DNA of 64,000 bases, from NCBI GenBank assembly GCA_015492075.1, contig WGFU01000022.1, positions 42,232 to 106,231 on the forward strand, given 5' to 3'. Numbering within the stretch: position 1 is the first letter of the stretch; each line of letters begins with the position of its first letter. Shown here piece after piece: positions 47,828 to 59,958 of this stretch. The position numbers and the translations under genes were made by a program. Under the pieces are notes generated by a model. That model worked only from the letters and a program-made list of their open reading frames with translations. It searched no databases and was not told where the DNA came from. The DNA is from Gammaproteobacteria bacterium (GTDB lineage: Bacteria; Pseudomonadota; Gammaproteobacteria; GCA-2400775).

Positions 47828-49822
47828 ATGCCCTCTCGGACTGATTTGGCCAATGCTATCCGTGCATTGAGCATGGATGCCGTACAAAAAGCGAATTCCG
47901 GACACCCTGGCATGCCCATGGGTATGGCCGATATCGCTGAAGTGTTGTGGAATGATTATTTACGTCACAACCCAGCCAACCCTCATTGGGATAACCGCGA
48001 CCGCTTTATTCTATCGAATGGTCACGGCTCTATGTTGCATTATTCGCTATTGCATCTGTCGGGTTACGATCTTCCTATTGACGAACTCAAACAGTTTCGC
48101 CAAATGCATTCAAAAACACCGGGCCATCCTGAATACGGCTATACCGATGGCATAGAGACTACCACTGGGCCGTTAGGCCAGGGTGTTACCAATGCGGTAG
48201 GTATGGCGATTGCCGAAAAACTGTTGGCTGCGCGCTTTAATACCGACTCTTATAAAATTGTTGACCACTTTACCTACGTCTTCCTGGGTGACGGTTGTTT
48301 GATGGAAGGCATCTCTCACGAGGCCTGCTCGCTGGCCGGTACGCTGGGCCTGGGCAAGCTGATTGCTTTTTATGATGACAATGGTATCTCGATTGATGGT
48401 GAAGTCGAAGGCTGGTTTACTGACGATACAGTGAAACGCTTTGAATCTTATGGCTGGCATGTTATTGCCGATGTTGACGGCCACGACCCGGATGCCATTC
48501 ATATGGCGATTCGCAACGCGCGCGCCGAGCCAGATAAACCAACAATAATTTGTTGTAAAACCATTATCGGTAAGGGTTCACCCAATAAAGAAGGTAAAGA
48601 AGAATGTCATGGCGCGGCGCTGGGCGATGAGGAAATCGCACTGACGCGTAAGAGCATTGGCTGGTCGCATCCTCCTTTTGAAATCCCCGACGAAATCTAT
48701 GCTGGTTGGGATGCCAAAAAAACCGGTGCTGGCTTAGAGGAGGATTGGGATTTCCAGTTTTCCAAATACGAAAATGCCTACCCGGAATTGGCGGCTGAAT
48801 ATAAACGCCGTATGTCTGCACAACTGCCCACCGATTGGGCGGCAGGCGCGGCTGAATTTGTTGCCTCTGTTAATGCCAAAGCCGAGAAAATTGCGACGCG
48901 CAAGGCTTCGCAAAATGCGATTGAAGGTCTTGCTCCCATGCTACCGGAGTTGCTGGGTGGTTCTGCCGACCTGGCGGGTTCGAACTTGACCATGTGGTCT
49001 GGTTCGAAGGGTATGACAGCCAAGGCCGATGGTGATGCCAACTATATCCACTACGGTGTGCGCGAGTTTGCTATGTCGGCCATCATGAATGGCATTGTGG
49101 TGCATGGTGGTTTTATCCCTTATGGCGGCACCTTCCTTGTTTTCTCCGACTATGCCCGTAATGCGGTGCGCATGGCTGCATTGATGAAGGTTCAAAGCAT
49201 CTTCGTCTATACCCATGATTCGATTGGTTTGGGAGAGGATGGCCCGACTCATCAGCCGGTTGAGCATGTCAGCTCATTGCGTATTATTCCTGGTATGCAT
49301 GTTTGGCGTCCTTGCGATGCTGTCGAATCAGCGGTCAGCTGGAAAGTGGCTATCGAACGTAAAAACCAGCCGAGCGCCTTGATTTTCTCGCGACAGGGCT
49401 TGCCGCATCAGTCACGCAGCGATGCGCAGATTGCCGATATTGAAAAAGGTGGTTACGTCCTACTGGACGGCGGTGCCAATCCCGATGCGATCATTATCGC
49501 TACCGGTTCGGAGGTTGAGCTGGCGGTGGCAGCCGCTAATGCCTTGGCAGGTAAGAATATCCGCGTCGTCTCCATTCCCTGTCTGGAAATCTTTGAAGAG
49601 CAGGATGATGACTACAAAGAGGCGGTGTTGCCAAGCGCTGTCACCGCTCGTGTGGCGGTGGAAGCTGGTGTGCCCCATATCTGGAAAGGCTATGTGGGTT
49701 TCAACGGAAAAGTAATTGGCATGACCAGTTTTGGTGAGTCCGCACCTGCTGGTGACTTGTTTAAACATTTTGGTTTCACCGTTGACAATGTTGTTGCAGC
49801 AGTCAACGACGTACTGGCTTAG
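47828..49822 (+). CDS. tkt: transketolase
   Basis: [13 protein letters not shown] and [11 protein letters not shown] motifs. 664 aa. Confidence 0.95.
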   Translation: MPSRTDLANAIRALSMDAVQKANSGHPGMPMGMADIAEVLWNDYLRHNPANPHWDNRDRFILSNGHGSMLHYSLLHLSGYDLPIDELKQFRQMHSKTPGHPEYGYTDGIETTTGPLGQGVTNAVGMAIAEKLLAARFNTDSYKIVDHFTYVFLGDGCLMEGISHEACSLAGTLGLGKLIAFYDDNGISIDGEVEGWFTDDTVKRFESYGWHVIADVDGHDPDAIHMAIRNARAEPDKPTIICCKTIIGKGSPNKEGKEECHGAALGDEEIALTRKSIGWSHPPFEIPDEIYAGWDAKKTGAGLEEDWDFQFSKYENAYPELAAEYKRRMSAQLPTDWAAGAAEFVASVNAKAEKIATRKASQNAIEGLAPMLPELLGGSADLAGSNLTMWSGSKGMTAKADGDANYIHYGVREFAMSAIMNGIVVHGGFIPYGGTFLVFSDYARNAVRMAALMKVQSIFVYTHDSIGLGEDGPTHQPVEHVSSLRIIPGMHVWRPCDAVESAVSWKVAIERKNQPSALIFSRQGLPHQSRSDAQIADIEKGGYVLLDGGANPDAIIIATGSEVELAVAAANALAGKNIRVVSIPCLEIFEEQDDDYKEAVLPSAVTARVAVEAGVPHIWKGYVGFNGKVIGMTSFGESAPAGDLFKHFGFTVDNVVAAVNDVLA

Positions 49823-49874
49823 AGCAGTACTGTTAGCTGAAAGTTTTTTGTTAAACTTAATTTAGGAAGTTGAT

Positions 49875-50888
49875 ATGAGCATTAAAGTAGCAATCAATGG
49901 CTATGGCCGTATTGGTCGTAATGTTTTACGCGCTCTTTATGAGTCCGGTCGTAATGGCGAGATTGAAATCGTTGCCATTAATGACTTGGGTGACAGCAAT
50001 ACCAACGCGCACTTGACCAAGTACGATTCAGTGCATGGTAAATTCAATGCTGATGTAGCCGTTGATGGTGACCACATGGTTGTCAATGGTGATCGTATAC
50101 GTGTGCTTGCCGAGCGTGATCCGTCCAAGCTGCCTTGGGCTGAGTTAGGTGTTGACGTGGTGCATGAGTGCACAGGTTTTTTTGCTAACAAAGCGAAAGC
50201 GTCTGCTCACCTGGAGGCGGGAGCCAAGAAAGTGATCATTTCCGCGCCCGGAGGTAATGACGTTGATGCCACCATTGTCTATGGTGTCAATCACAAAGTT
50301 TTAAAAGCCAGCGATACCGTGATCTCTAATGCTTCCTGCACCACTAACTGTTTGGCGCCTTTGATCAAGCCTATCCATGACGGTATTGGTATTGAGCGTG
50401 GTTTGATGACCACGATTCATTCTTATACCAATGATCAGGTTTTGACCGATGTCTATCATTCAGATTTACGCCGCGCGCGTTCCGCTACTTTGTCGCAAAT
50501 TCCCACCAAGACTGGTGCTGCTGCTGCCGTAGGTTTGGTCATGCCTGAGTTGAATGGCAAGCTAGATGGTTTTGCCATGCGTGTGCCGACGGCCAATGTG
50601 TCTATCGTTGATTTAACCTTCGTACCCAAGAAGTCAACAAGCAAAGAAGCCATTGATTCCATTTTGAAAGAAGCCTCTGAAGGCGAACTTAAAGGGATAT
50701 TGAATTACAGCGACGGGCCTATGGTATCGATTGATTTTAACCACGATCCGGCGTCTTCGACCTATGATGCCACCTTGACCAAGGTGATTGACAGCAAACT
50801 GGTCAAGATTTGCGCCTGGTATGATAACGAATGGGGTTTCTCAAACCGCATGCTCGATACCACTGTCGCCTTGATGAATGCCAAATAG
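49875..50888 (+). CDS. gap: type I glyceraldehyde-3-phosphate dehydrogenase
   Basis: [12 protein letters not shown] motif and the catalytic [10 protein letters not shown]. Confidence 0.95.
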   Translation: MSIKVAINGYGRIGRNVLRALYESGRNGEIEIVAINDLGDSNTNAHLTKYDSVHGKFNADVAVDGDHMVVNGDRIRVLAERDPSKLPWAELGVDVVHECTGFFANKAKASAHLEAGAKKVIISAPGGNDVDATIVYGVNHKVLKASDTVISNASCTTNCLAPLIKPIHDGIGIERGLMTTIHSYTNDQVLTDVYHSDLRRARSATLSQIPTKTGAAAAVGLVMPELNGKLDGFAMRVPTANVSIVDLTFVPKKSTSKEAIDSILKEASEGELKGILNYSDGPMVSIDFNHDPASSTYDATLTKVIDSKLVKICAWYDNEWGFSNRMLDTTVALMNAK

Positions 50889-50952
50889 CACTGGTATTTG
50901 ATGTTTTTCCGGGTGGCCGCTTTCGCGGCCACCGCTGTTTCTGGAGTTTCTT

Positions 50953-52131
50953 ATGCACATCGTGAAGATGATGGATCTGGATTTGGCGAACAAGCGTGTG
51001 CTAATTCGTCAGGATTTGAATGTGCCATTGAAAGAGGGTGTTGTTGCCGACGATACGCGCATTCGTGCCTCCCTTGCTACGATTAAAATTGCACGTGATG
51101 CCGGCGCCCGTGTCATGGTGATGTCGCATCTGGGTCGCCCGACCGAAGGCGAGTTTGATGAGGCGGACTCGCTGGCGCCGGTGGCTGCCTACATCAGCGA
51201 ACATTTCGATATCCCGGTACGCTTGGTTAAAAACTGGCTCGATGGCGTCGATGTTGCTCCAGGTGAAGTGGTGCTATGTGAAAACGTGCGTTTTAATAAA
51301 GGCGAGAAGGCCAATGGCGACGACCTGGCCAAGAAAATGGCGAGTCTTTGCGACATCTATGTCATGGACGCCTTTGGTACGGCGCATCGGGCCCAGGCTT
51401 CAACTCATGGCGTGGCCAAATATGCGCCGATTGCCTGTGCCGGCCCCCTGCTGGCCAATGAATTGGATGCTTTGGGCAAGGCGCTGGATAATCCTGTGCG
51501 GCCCATGGTAGCTATTGTCGGTGGTTCCAAGGTGTCGACCAAGTTGACAGTGCTTGAATCGCTATCAAAAGTGGTGGATCAACTGATTGTCGGTGGCGGT
51601 ATTGCCAACACCTTTATCGCTGCTGCCGGATATAATGTTGGCAAGTCACTTTGCGAGACAGATTTGGTTGATGTGGCCAACGAGTTATTGACTCAAGCCA
51701 AAGCGCGTGGTGGTGATATCCCAGTCCCAAATGATGTGGTCTGTGGCAAGGAATTTTCCGAAACCGCTGAAGCCACGTTAAAATGTGCCAAGGAAACCTG
51801 TGATGACGATATGATTTTCGATGTCGGGCCCAAGACTTCCGCCACCTTTGCCGAGATTATCAAAAATGCAGGAACAATAGTCTGGAACGGTCCGGTTGGC
51901 GTGTTCGAGTTTGATCAATTCGGTGAAGGGACCAAGGCGTTAGCGATGGCTATTGCCGAAAGCGATGCGTTTTCGATTGCTGGCGGTGGGGATACTCTGG
52001 CGGCGGTGGCCAAATACGATATCGCTGACAAAGTCTCTTATATTTCAACAGGCGGTGGGGCTTTTCTTGAGTTTCTTGAAGGCAAAAAACTACCTGCTGT
52101 TGAGATTCTTGAGCAACGTGCGTCAGGTTAG
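50953..52131 (+). CDS. pgk: phosphoglycerate kinase
   Basis: [24 protein letters not shown]. Confidence 0.95.
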   Translation: MHIVKMMDLDLANKRVLIRQDLNVPLKEGVVADDTRIRASLATIKIARDAGARVMVMSHLGRPTEGEFDEADSLAPVAAYISEHFDIPVRLVKNWLDGVDVAPGEVVLCENVRFNKGEKANGDDLAKKMASLCDIYVMDAFGTAHRAQASTHGVAKYAPIACAGPLLANELDALGKALDNPVRPMVAIVGGSKVSTKLTVLESLSKVVDQLIVGGGIANTFIAAAGYNVGKSLCETDLVDVANELLTQAKARGGDIPVPNDVVCGKEFSETAEATLKCAKETCDDDMIFDVGPKTSATFAEIIKNAGTIVWNGPVGVFEFDQFGEGTKALAMAIAESDAFSIAGGGDTLAAVAKYDIADKVSYISTGGGAFLEFLEGKKLPAVEILEQRASG

Positions 52132-52187
52132 GACAATAAAATTTTGCAGAGCTTTTGCTATCATCTTTATTAATAAAAAGAGTCGAC

Positions 52188-53630
52188 ATGCCTAGACGTA
52201 CAAAAATATTGGCCACTTTGGGTCCTGCAACAGATGACCCGGTGGTGCTGGATCAAATCCTTGAAGCGGGTGTCGATGTTGTGCGCCTTAATTTCTCGCA
52301 TGGTGATGCACAAGACCATATCAAGCGTGCCGAGAATGTGCGTAATCGAGCCGCGGCGCATGGTCGCCAGGTAGGGGTGTTAGCCGACTTACAGGGCCCC
52401 AAGATTCGCATCCAGCGTTTTGTCGACGGTGGTGTGGAGCTGACCGAAGGCGACGCCTTTGTGCTCGATAGTGCGCTTGATGTCAATGCCGGCACGGCGG
52501 AGCGTGTTGGTGTGACCTATACGACGCTGGTTAACGACGTCAAACGTGGTGATACCTTACTGCTCGACGATGGTCGTCTTATTCTATGGGTTGATAGTGT
52601 CGAAGGTACTGAGATTCGTACCAAGGTTGTTGTCGGCGGTCGTCTGACCAACAGCAAGGGTATCAATCTGCAGGGCGGTGGCTTGTCGGCGGCGGCATTA
52701 ACGGATAAGGACCGCGCCGATGTCGTTACTGCGGCACAGATCAACGCTGATTACCTTGCCGTCTCGTTTCCGCGCAGTGCCGCCGATATTCACGAAGCGC
52801 GAAAACTTCTGCGTACAGCCGGCGGTCATGGCGCCATCGTCGCTAAAATCGAGCGCGCCGAGGCGCTGACGTGTATCGATGAGATCATTGAAGCCTCTGA
52901 TTCAGTCATGATCGCACGTGGCGACCTTGGCGTGGAGATTGGTGATGCCGAGCTGCCAGGCGTGCAAAAAGATTTGATCGCGCGTGCGCGCAGTGCTAAT
53001 CGTACGGTGATCACGGCGACGCAAATGATGGAATCAATGATAGACAGCGCCATGCCAACGCGGGCCGAAGTGTTTGATGTGGCCAATGCCGTCATGGATG
53101 GCACCGACGCAGTCATGTTGTCGGCCGAAACCGCAACGGGCAAAAACCCCGCCGCAGTGATCGCCGCGGTCAATCGTGTGTGTCTGGGTGCTGAAACGCA
53201 GCGTAGCGCCATGCGCTCCACCCACCGTATCGATTCTCGTTTTGAGCGGGTTGATGAATCTATCGCAATGGCGGCAATGTATATTGCCAACCATACTGAT
53301 ATTAAGGCCATTGCGGCATTGACGGAATCCGGTGCAACGGCTTTGTGGATGTCCCGCATCAGTTCCGGCATCCCTATCTACGCGCTGTCGCCGCATATGG
53401 ATACACGACGTTTGATGACGCTGTATCGAGGTGTCTACCCCACCAGCTTTGATATGAAAGCCGGCGAGCATCACGGCATGAACCGCGAGGCGATCGATGA
53501 GCTGGTGCGTCGCGGTGCAGTGCGCAAAGGCGATCTGGTGCTTATCACCAAGGGTGACCGCATGGGAATGATGGGTGGCACTAACGCTATGACCATTGTC
53601 CGTGTTGGCGAGGAAGAGGAAGTCAAGTAA
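52188..53630 (+). CDS. pyk: pyruvate kinase
   Basis: The ATG at 52188 gives MPRRTKILATLGPA. MIARGDLGVE motif. The track start at 52155 is a TTG over-extension. Confidence 0.9.
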   Translation: MPRRTKILATLGPATDDPVVLDQILEAGVDVVRLNFSHGDAQDHIKRAENVRNRAAAHGRQVGVLADLQGPKIRIQRFVDGGVELTEGDAFVLDSALDVNAGTAERVGVTYTTLVNDVKRGDTLLLDDGRLILWVDSVEGTEIRTKVVVGGRLTNSKGINLQGGGLSAAALTDKDRADVVTAAQINADYLAVSFPRSAADIHEARKLLRTAGGHGAIVAKIERAEALTCIDEIIEASDSVMIARGDLGVEIGDAELPGVQKDLIARARSANRTVITATQMMESMIDSAMPTRAEVFDVANAVMDGTDAVMLSAETATGKNPAAVIAAVNRVCLGAETQRSAMRSTHRIDSRFERVDESIAMAAMYIANHTDIKAIAALTESGATALWMSRISSGIPIYALSPHMDTRRLMTLYRGVYPTSFDMKAGEHHGMNREAIDELVRRGAVRKGDLVLITKGDRMGMMGGTNAMTIVRVGEEEEVK

Positions 53631-53774
53631 AGTGCTTTTTCGCTTTGGCGCCGGTTCCGGATGACGCGGCGCTGAGATAAGATTTCGATTTCGAAACTTT
53701 CATGCCGGTCAAAGCCGGCAAATTTTTACTATTTCTGGGTGATACCCAGCTTGATAACGTGTGAGGAGACTCTT

Positions 53775-54839
53775 ATGGCTTTAATTTCACTTCGACAGCT
53801 GCTGGATCATGCGGCTGAGCATAGTTATGGTGTGCCAGCCTATAACGCGAATAATATGGAGCAAGTGCATTCCATTATGGAGGCTGCCGCCGAGGTTGAT
53901 AGTCCGGTCATCATCCAGGCATCTGCCGGCGCCCGTTCCTATGCCGGTAGCGCATTCTTTCGCAACTTGATGAGCGCGGCAATAGAGCAGTGGCCGGATA
54001 TTCCGGTCTGCGTGCATCAGGATCATGGTGCCTCACCAGATGTTTGTGTGCGTTCTATCCAGTCAGGGTTTTCGTCTGTGATGATGGATGGCTCGCTGAT
54101 GGCAGATATGAAAACACCATCAAGTTATGAATACAATGTTGATGTGACTGGCCGCACTGCAGCCATAGCGCATGCTGCTGGTGTTTCGGTCGAAGGTGAG
54201 CTGGGCTGCCTGGGTTCACTCGAAAGTGGTTTGGCCGGTGAAGAAGATGGATCGGGTGCCGAAGGTGTGTTGTCACATGATCAGTTATTGACTGACCCTG
54301 AAGAAGCGGCTGATTTTGTTAAAAAAACCAAGGTCGATGCCCTGGCGATTGCTATTGGTACCAGCCATGGGGCCTACAAATTTACGCGGCCACCAACTGG
54401 CGAGATTCTGGCCATTGACCGCATTAAAGCGATTCATCAACGTATTCCGGACACCCATTTGGTTATGCACGGCTCTTCTTCCGTGCCTCAGGACTGGCTG
54501 GCAATTATTCATGAATTTGGTGGTGATATCGGTGAGACCTATGGCGTGCCAGTAGAAGAAATTCAAGAAGGTATCAAGAATGGCGTGCGTAAGGTCAATA
54601 TTGATACCGATCTGCGTTTGGCCAGCACTGGCGCTGTCCGTAAACATTTAGCGGAGAACCCCAAGAACTTTGACCCGCGCAAGTTCCTGAAGGCATCAAC
54701 GGTGGCGATGCGTGATATCTGCCGTCAGCGCTATGAGGCATTTGGCTGTGCTGGTCAGGCATCCAAGATCAAGCCAATTAACCTGGAAGATATGGTGAAA
54801 CGCTACGAGAGTGGTGAACTGGATCCGCGCGTTAAGTAA
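53775..54839 (+). CDS. fba: class II fructose-bisphosphate aldolase (Calvin-cycle/FbaA long subtype)
   Basis: The ATG at 53775 is preceded by GAGGAG. Motifs [19 protein letters not shown]. 354 aa. Confidence 0.9.
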   Translation: MALISLRQLLDHAAEHSYGVPAYNANNMEQVHSIMEAAAEVDSPVIIQASAGARSYAGSAFFRNLMSAAIEQWPDIPVCVHQDHGASPDVCVRSIQSGFSSVMMDGSLMADMKTPSSYEYNVDVTGRTAAIAHAAGVSVEGELGCLGSLESGLAGEEDGSGAEGVLSHDQLLTDPEEAADFVKKTKVDALAIAIGTSHGAYKFTRPPTGEILAIDRIKAIHQRIPDTHLVMHGSSSVPQDWLAIIHEFGGDIGETYGVPVEEIQEGIKNGVRKVNIDTDLRLASTGAVRKHLAENPKNFDPRKFLKASTVAMRDICRQRYEAFGCAGQASKIKPINLEDMVKRYESGELDPRVK

Positions 54840-54860
54840 GCGCGTTGTTACAGCTATACC

Positions 54861-54892
54861 AAAAAGGGCAGCTTTGGCTGCCCTTTTTTTTG
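54861..54892. terminator. bidirectional rho-independent terminator between convergent fba and ugd
   Basis: aaaaagggcagc-tttg-gctgcccttttttttg: a 12-bp stem with A-run and T-run flanks. Confidence 0.85.
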
Positions 54893-54906
54893 CTTTCAGG
54901 TGAGGC

Positions 54907-56235
54907 TTATTGTTTGCCGCGACCGATGGCATAGTAGCTAATACCCAGCTCAGCCATGAGACTTGGATCGTAAAGATTGCGGCCATCAAAGATAACTGGC
55001 GAGTTGAGCGATTGCTTGATGCGATCGAAATCCGGGCTGCGGAACACATTCCACTCGGTGACGATGGCCAATGCATCGGCTTCCTGCAGAGCGCTTTCAG
55101 GCGAGTCGCATAATTCCAGCTGCGCGTGATCTCCGTAAATACGCTGGCATTCTTTCATGGCAACCGGGTCAAATGCCTTGACCTTGGCGCCAGCATTCCA
55201 TAGCGCTTCCATCAGTGCGCGACTGGGCGCTGCACGCATATCGTCGGTATTTGGCTTAAAGGCCAGACCCCATAAGGTGACGGTTTTGTCCTTTAAATTG
55301 CCATCAAAATAGGCGCTGATTTTTTCAAACAAACGGTGTTTTTGACGGTTATTGACCGATTCTACGGCATTAAGCAATTCTGCATCAAAATCATGTTCGC
55401 CAGCGGTGCGGGCCAGCGCCATCACATCTTTAGGGAAGCACGAGCCACCATAGCCGCAACCAGGGTAGATAAAATGATAACCTATACGTGGATCAGAGCC
55501 GATACCGGCGCGCACCTTTTCTATATCAGCACCCAGTCTTTCGGCTAGATTAGAGAGCTCGTTCATAAAACTGATCTTGGTGGCCAGCAAGGCGTTTGCT
55601 GCGTACTTGGTGAGTTCGGCTGAGCGAATATCCATCACTACCATGCGTTCTGTCTGGCGGTTGAAAGGCGCATAGAGTGCGCGCAGTAGTTCGGTAGTGC
55701 GCGGATTGTCGGTACCGACAATGATACGGTCGGGTTTCATAAAGTCATCCAGCGCGGCGCCTTCTTTCAGAAATTCCGGATTGGAGACGATATCAAACTC
55801 AGTCTTGATTCCACGTTTGACCAGCACGCCCTCAATAGTAGCGCGTACTTTATCGCCAGTACCCACCGGCACCGTAGACTTATTGATCACCACCCGATAT
55901 TCATCCATGTTTTGGCCGATACTACTGGCAACTGCGAGCACGTACTGTAAGTCGGCAGAGCCGTCTTCGTCAGGTGGCGTGCCGACCGCGATGAATTGAA
56001 ATAAGCCATGATCAACAGCTGCTTTGACGTCAGTGGTAAAACGCAAGCGACCGCTTTTCATGTTTGTGGCAATCATTTCGTCAAGGCCAGGCTCGTAAAT
56101 TGGAATATCACCGGCATTGAGACGATCAATTTTTTGCTGATCAATATCGACACAGACCACATCATTGCCTACCTGGGCCAGACAGGCGCCGCTAACCAGG
56201 CCGACATAGCCACTACCAAAAACTGTTAGTTTCAT
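54907..56235 (-). CDS. ugd: UDP-glucose 6-dehydrogenase
   Basis: [23 protein letters not shown] motif and the catalytic GGSCFPKD. 442 aa. Confidence 0.9.
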   Translation of the reverse strand: MKLTVFGSGYVGLVSGACLAQVGNDVVCVDIDQQKIDRLNAGDIPIYEPGLDEMIATNMKSGRLRFTTDVKAAVDHGLFQFIAVGTPPDEDGSADLQYVLAVASSIGQNMDEYRVVINKSTVPVGTGDKVRATIEGVLVKRGIKTEFDIVSNPEFLKEGAALDDFMKPDRIIVGTDNPRTTELLRALYAPFNRQTERMVVMDIRSAELTKYAANALLATKISFMNELSNLAERLGADIEKVRAGIGSDPRIGYHFIYPGCGYGGSCFPKDVMALARTAGEHDFDAELLNAVESVNNRQKHRLFEKISAYFDGNLKDKTVTLWGLAFKPNTDDMRAAPSRALMEALWNAGAKVKAFDPVAMKECQRIYGDHAQLELCDSPESALQEADALAIVTEWNVFRSPDFDRIKQSLNSPVIFDGRNLYDPSLMAELGISYYAIGRGKQ

Positions 56236-56452
56236 TTAAGCGCTAACTCCGTAGATAAAACATGCTGCAACTGATTTTTACAGTCACCTTTTGAGTGCCG
56301 GCAGTATAAACAGGCACCTGTTTTTAGCGGCATTATAACCACAATATTGAGCTGGGAGCTGTCTGTATGCTTTTCACCTAAAGCACATTGAATGGACACC
56401 GATACCTACGTGACTAGCGTACTTTTTACGCCGCCTTGCCCAGAAGATTTTT

Positions 56453-58507
56453 ATGATATCACTGCAATATATTTTTACATTGGTTTTGATTGCGGCCTAC
56501 TTGGTTGTGGCAGGGCTATTGCTATGGGGCTGGAAGGGTCAGCTGGATCGGGTGTTACTCGTATTTGCGGCAGTGGTATCAGCGCTTTGGTTGTTTACCC
56601 AGATATATGTCACCGATGCACAGGGTTCTGTCAGCCTGCATCTTGTTCACTTGTTGCAGTTGTTTATTTGGTTGAGTGTTTTGCTCAAACTGCTACATGC
56701 CAAACACCGCAGTTATAACCAACGCGTTTTGGTTATCGGGGTAATTTTTCTAGCACAATGCGTTGCGCTCTTGGTGGGGGCTTTTTCACTGTTGTATGCC
56801 ACCGACGTTAACCAGTTGGCAGGTAACCAGTTTGTCGCACAGATGCATCCGGCGATTGTTTTGGCGATGTCTTCGAGTGGTCTGTATGTCGTTTGGCGTA
56901 TTAACCAGCGCGGTAGCAGAGAGCGCCGAGCCAATGTTCGATTGCTATGTCTTGCTATTAGCTTTGTATTGATTTACCACGTCTTGTTTGGCGTGCAATA
57001 CCTGGTGCAGGGTCACTTGCTGATGCTTGATTGGATATTCCGCATCGCCTTGTATGCTGTTGCCTCAGTGTTATTGCTCAAGTCTTCTTTAAGCCGTAAT
57101 GCGCGCTGGATGGGCGAAGTCTATGTCTCGCGCGATGCGGTCATGTATGGTGGTGGCGCCATACTGGTAGTGTTGGCAATTTATAGTATCAGTTTATTTT
57201 TACAGAATATTGACGGCATTGGCAGGCTAGATTATGCCTTTGCCTATTTACTGGTAGCGCTGATCTGCGGCCTAGTCTTGATAGGCTTTTTTTCTGCCCG
57301 CGTGCGTGCGCATGTTCATGTGTTTCTGGGTAAGCATTTTTTCAATTATCGCTACGACTACCGCGAAGAATGGTTGCGCCTGATTCGAACCTTGTCCAAA
57401 GGCGGCGCCGGTGCCCATATGCTGGAGCGGGTGATCCAGTCGGTGGCGCAGATTGTCGGCAGCCAGGGAGGCGTGCTGTGGGTGAACCGGCATGACGAAG
57501 ACTACGAGCCCGTTGCGCGCTGGGGAGAGATAGTTGCGATTGAAAATATCGAGTATGGCAACAGTGACTTGGTTCGTTTTTTGGAAGAAAGGCAGTGGGT
57601 AATCGAACGCAGCGAATACTTGCGTGAGCCTGAACTCTATGACGGGCTGGTTTTACCATCCTGGCTATCATCTACGGATGAAGTATGGCTGGTAGTGCCG
57701 CTGATGCAAGATATTCGCTTGCTCGGTTTTGTCGCCTTGTCGCCTTCGTCGATTCGTCGCGCTATCAATTGGGAAGACAGGGATCTGTTAAAAACTGTGG
57801 GTCGGCAGGCAGCGACGCATATTGCTCAGTTGTTGGCGACTCAGGCGCTGATGGAAGCACAAGAGTTCGATGCCTTTAATCGCCTTTCCGCCTTTGTCGT
57901 GCACGATTTGAAAAACGTGGTGAGCCAGTTGGCCTTGATAACAAAAAATGCAGAACGCCATAGAGATAACCCGGAATTCATAGCGGATACTTTCGCCACG
58001 GTAGAGAGTGCATCGCGGCGTGGACGTCGATTGTTGGCGCAATTGCGTGATCGTTCACCACGAGCGCTGGTGCCCACTCGCATATCCATATTGCCATTGC
58101 TTGCTGAGGTAGTTAAAGAACGAACCGCCGTGCTGCCTGTGCCAATATTAATCGGTGACGACGAGGTATTTGTGATGGCGGATGCCCAGAAATTAAAGGA
58201 AGTGGTCAGCCATTTGATAGAGAATGCGCAGCAGGCTACCGATGATAAGGGGCGTGTTGAGGTCAGGCTCGCGGTCGACAACCAGTATGCATTGATTGAG
58301 ATATCTGATAATGGCTGCGGTATGGATGCACAGTTTATTCGACAACGCTTGTTCCAGCCCTTTGATTCGACAAAAGGCAATGAGGGAATGGGAATCGGCG
58401 TTTATCAAAGCCGCGAGATCGTGCGCGCGCTGCGCGGCAGCATCGATGTGGAAAGTGTTCCTGGTCAAGGTAGCAAGTTCACGATTCGGCTGCCGATAGT
58501 AGAGTAA
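56453..58507 (+). CDS. prsK: PEP-CTERM-system-type sensor histidine kinase (PrsK-like)
   Basis: About 300-aa multi-TM N-terminus, a GAF-like middle, H-box FVVHDLKNV, and an ATPase domain (DNGCGMD, GMGIGV). Followed by a PrsR-like regulator and PEP-CTERM-locus genes. Confidence 0.7.
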   Translation: MISLQYIFTLVLIAAYLVVAGLLLWGWKGQLDRVLLVFAAVVSALWLFTQIYVTDAQGSVSLHLVHLLQLFIWLSVLLKLLHAKHRSYNQRVLVIGVIFLAQCVALLVGAFSLLYATDVNQLAGNQFVAQMHPAIVLAMSSSGLYVVWRINQRGSRERRANVRLLCLAISFVLIYHVLFGVQYLVQGHLLMLDWIFRIALYAVASVLLLKSSLSRNARWMGEVYVSRDAVMYGGGAILVVLAIYSISLFLQNIDGIGRLDYAFAYLLVALICGLVLIGFFSARVRAHVHVFLGKHFFNYRYDYREEWLRLIRTLSKGGAGAHMLERVIQSVAQIVGSQGGVLWVNRHDEDYEPVARWGEIVAIENIEYGNSDLVRFLEERQWVIERSEYLREPELYDGLVLPSWLSSTDEVWLVVPLMQDIRLLGFVALSPSSIRRAINWEDRDLLKTVGRQAATHIAQLLATQALMEAQEFDAFNRLSAFVVHDLKNVVSQLALITKNAERHRDNPEFIADTFATVESASRRGRRLLAQLRDRSPRALVPTRISILPLLAEVVKERTAVLPVPILIGDDEVFVMADAQKLKEVVSHLIENAQQATDDKGRVEVRLAVDNQYALIEISDNGCGMDAQFIRQRLFQPFDSTKGNEGMGIGVYQSREIVRALRGSIDVESVPGQGSKFTIRLPIVE

Positions 58508-58527
58508 CAACACAATGAGGACGATTC

Positions 58528-59886
58528 ATGGCTAACGCCAAGCAATATTTACTTGTCGTCGATGACGAGGAGGGCATTCAAAAACAACTGAGATGGAGCC
58601 TCGATGACTATGAGCTTGTTTTTGCATCCAATCGAGAAGAGGCCATTGCCCAGTTACGCCGTTTTGAACCGGTAGTAGTAACACTGGATTTGGGCTTGCC
58701 GCCTGATGCGGCAGGTGTTAGCGAAGGTGTTCTCGCGTTGGAAGAGATATTGGCGCTGGCGCCGCATACAAAGGTTATTGTTATCACCGGCAACGACGAG
58801 CGTGATAATGCAGTAGCTTGTGTCAGCAAAGGTGCATACGACTTTTACCAAAAGCCGATTGATCCTGAGCTATTGTCGATCATGGTGGCGCGCGCCTTTC
58901 ATGTCAGCCAGCTTGAGAATGAGAACCGTAAATTAGCCAAACGCCATAACACTATGCGCCTACCGGGCGTGATCGGGGCCAGCCCGCAAATGTCCAAGGT
59001 GTGTCGCGATATTGAAAAAATCGCCAAGGTCAATGTCACCACGTTGTTACTGGGTGAGAGCGGTACCGGTAAAGAGGTGATCGCGCGTGCCTTACATGAG
59101 ACAAGTGATCGTTGTGATGAGCGCTTTATCGCCATCAACTGCGCGGCTATCCCTGAGAATCTGATGGAAAGCGAGTTGTTTGGCTATGAGAAAGGCGCTT
59201 TTACCGGCGCTATGCGCCAGACCATTGGCCGTATCGAAAGCGCTAATGGTGGCACACTTTTTCTTGATGAGATCGGTGATTTGCCTCTTTCGATGCAGGT
59301 CAAGTTATTGCGTTTTCTGCAAGAGCGCGTGATTGAGCGCGTCGGCGGGCGCAAGGAAATCCCTCTGGATGTGCGTGTGGTCTGCGCGACGCATCAGAAC
59401 CTGAGCGCCTTGATTGCCGACGGCAGGTTCCGCGAGGATTTATATTACCGGATCAGCGAAATCACGATCAATATCCCGCCCTTGCGTGAACGGGGCGCGG
59501 ACCCTGTGCTGTTAGCCAAGGCGATTATGGCGCGCAGCAAGCAGGAGTTAGGAAAAAAAACCAAGCCCAAAGGTTTTTCCGCTGAGGCGCTGGATGTGAT
59601 CTCTCGCTATCCGTGGCCTGGTAATGTGCGCGAACTGGAAAACGCCGTACGGCGCGCAGTGCTCATGTCGGAGGGTACCCAAATTCTCGCCGAAGATCTC
59701 GGCATCGAGGCAGATGCCGACAGTGTGCAACCATTAAACCTGAAAGAGGTACGCGATCATGCTGAATATGATGCCCTGCTCAAGGCCTTCAGTTTGCATG
59801 ATGGCAATATCTCGCGTATTTCCGAGCTACTCGGGGTCAGTCGGCCCACGCTATATGATTTAATGGGCAAGCATGGTATAAAGTAA
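58528..59886 (+). CDS. prsR: sigma-54-dependent response regulator (PEP-CTERM-box regulator PrsR-like)
   Basis: Receiver (LLVVDDEE, TLDLGLPP), AAA+ (GESGTGKE, the sigma-54 contact motif EKGAFTGA), and a C-terminal HTH (LLGVSRPTLYDLMGKHGI). Confidence 0.8.
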   Translation: MANAKQYLLVVDDEEGIQKQLRWSLDDYELVFASNREEAIAQLRRFEPVVVTLDLGLPPDAAGVSEGVLALEEILALAPHTKVIVITGNDERDNAVACVSKGAYDFYQKPIDPELLSIMVARAFHVSQLENENRKLAKRHNTMRLPGVIGASPQMSKVCRDIEKIAKVNVTTLLLGESGTGKEVIARALHETSDRCDERFIAINCAAIPENLMESELFGYEKGAFTGAMRQTIGRIESANGGTLFLDEIGDLPLSMQVKLLRFLQERVIERVGGRKEIPLDVRVVCATHQNLSALIADGRFREDLYYRISEITINIPPLRERGADPVLLAKAIMARSKQELGKKTKPKGFSAEALDVISRYPWPGNVRELENAVRRAVLMSEGTQILAEDLGIEADADSVQPLNLKEVRDHAEYDALLKAFSLHDGNISRISELLGVSRPTLYDLMGKHGIK

Positions 59887-59958
59887 AATAATAAGCACGG
59901 GATCTGTGCGGGGGCGTCTTACGCGCTTTATAAAAGATTCTGGAAAGAGAATCAAGCC

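Noticed and set aside
52826-53474. 181-aa and 146-aa antisense ORFs opposite pyk
   Set aside because: Pyruvate kinase is unambiguous. These are Ala/Arg/Ser-rich antisense artefacts.
56392-56718. 108-aa ORF overlapping the start of prsK in another frame
   Set aside because: The 684-aa frame gives coherent TM helices and kinase motifs. The overlapping frame is Cys/Gly-rich noise.
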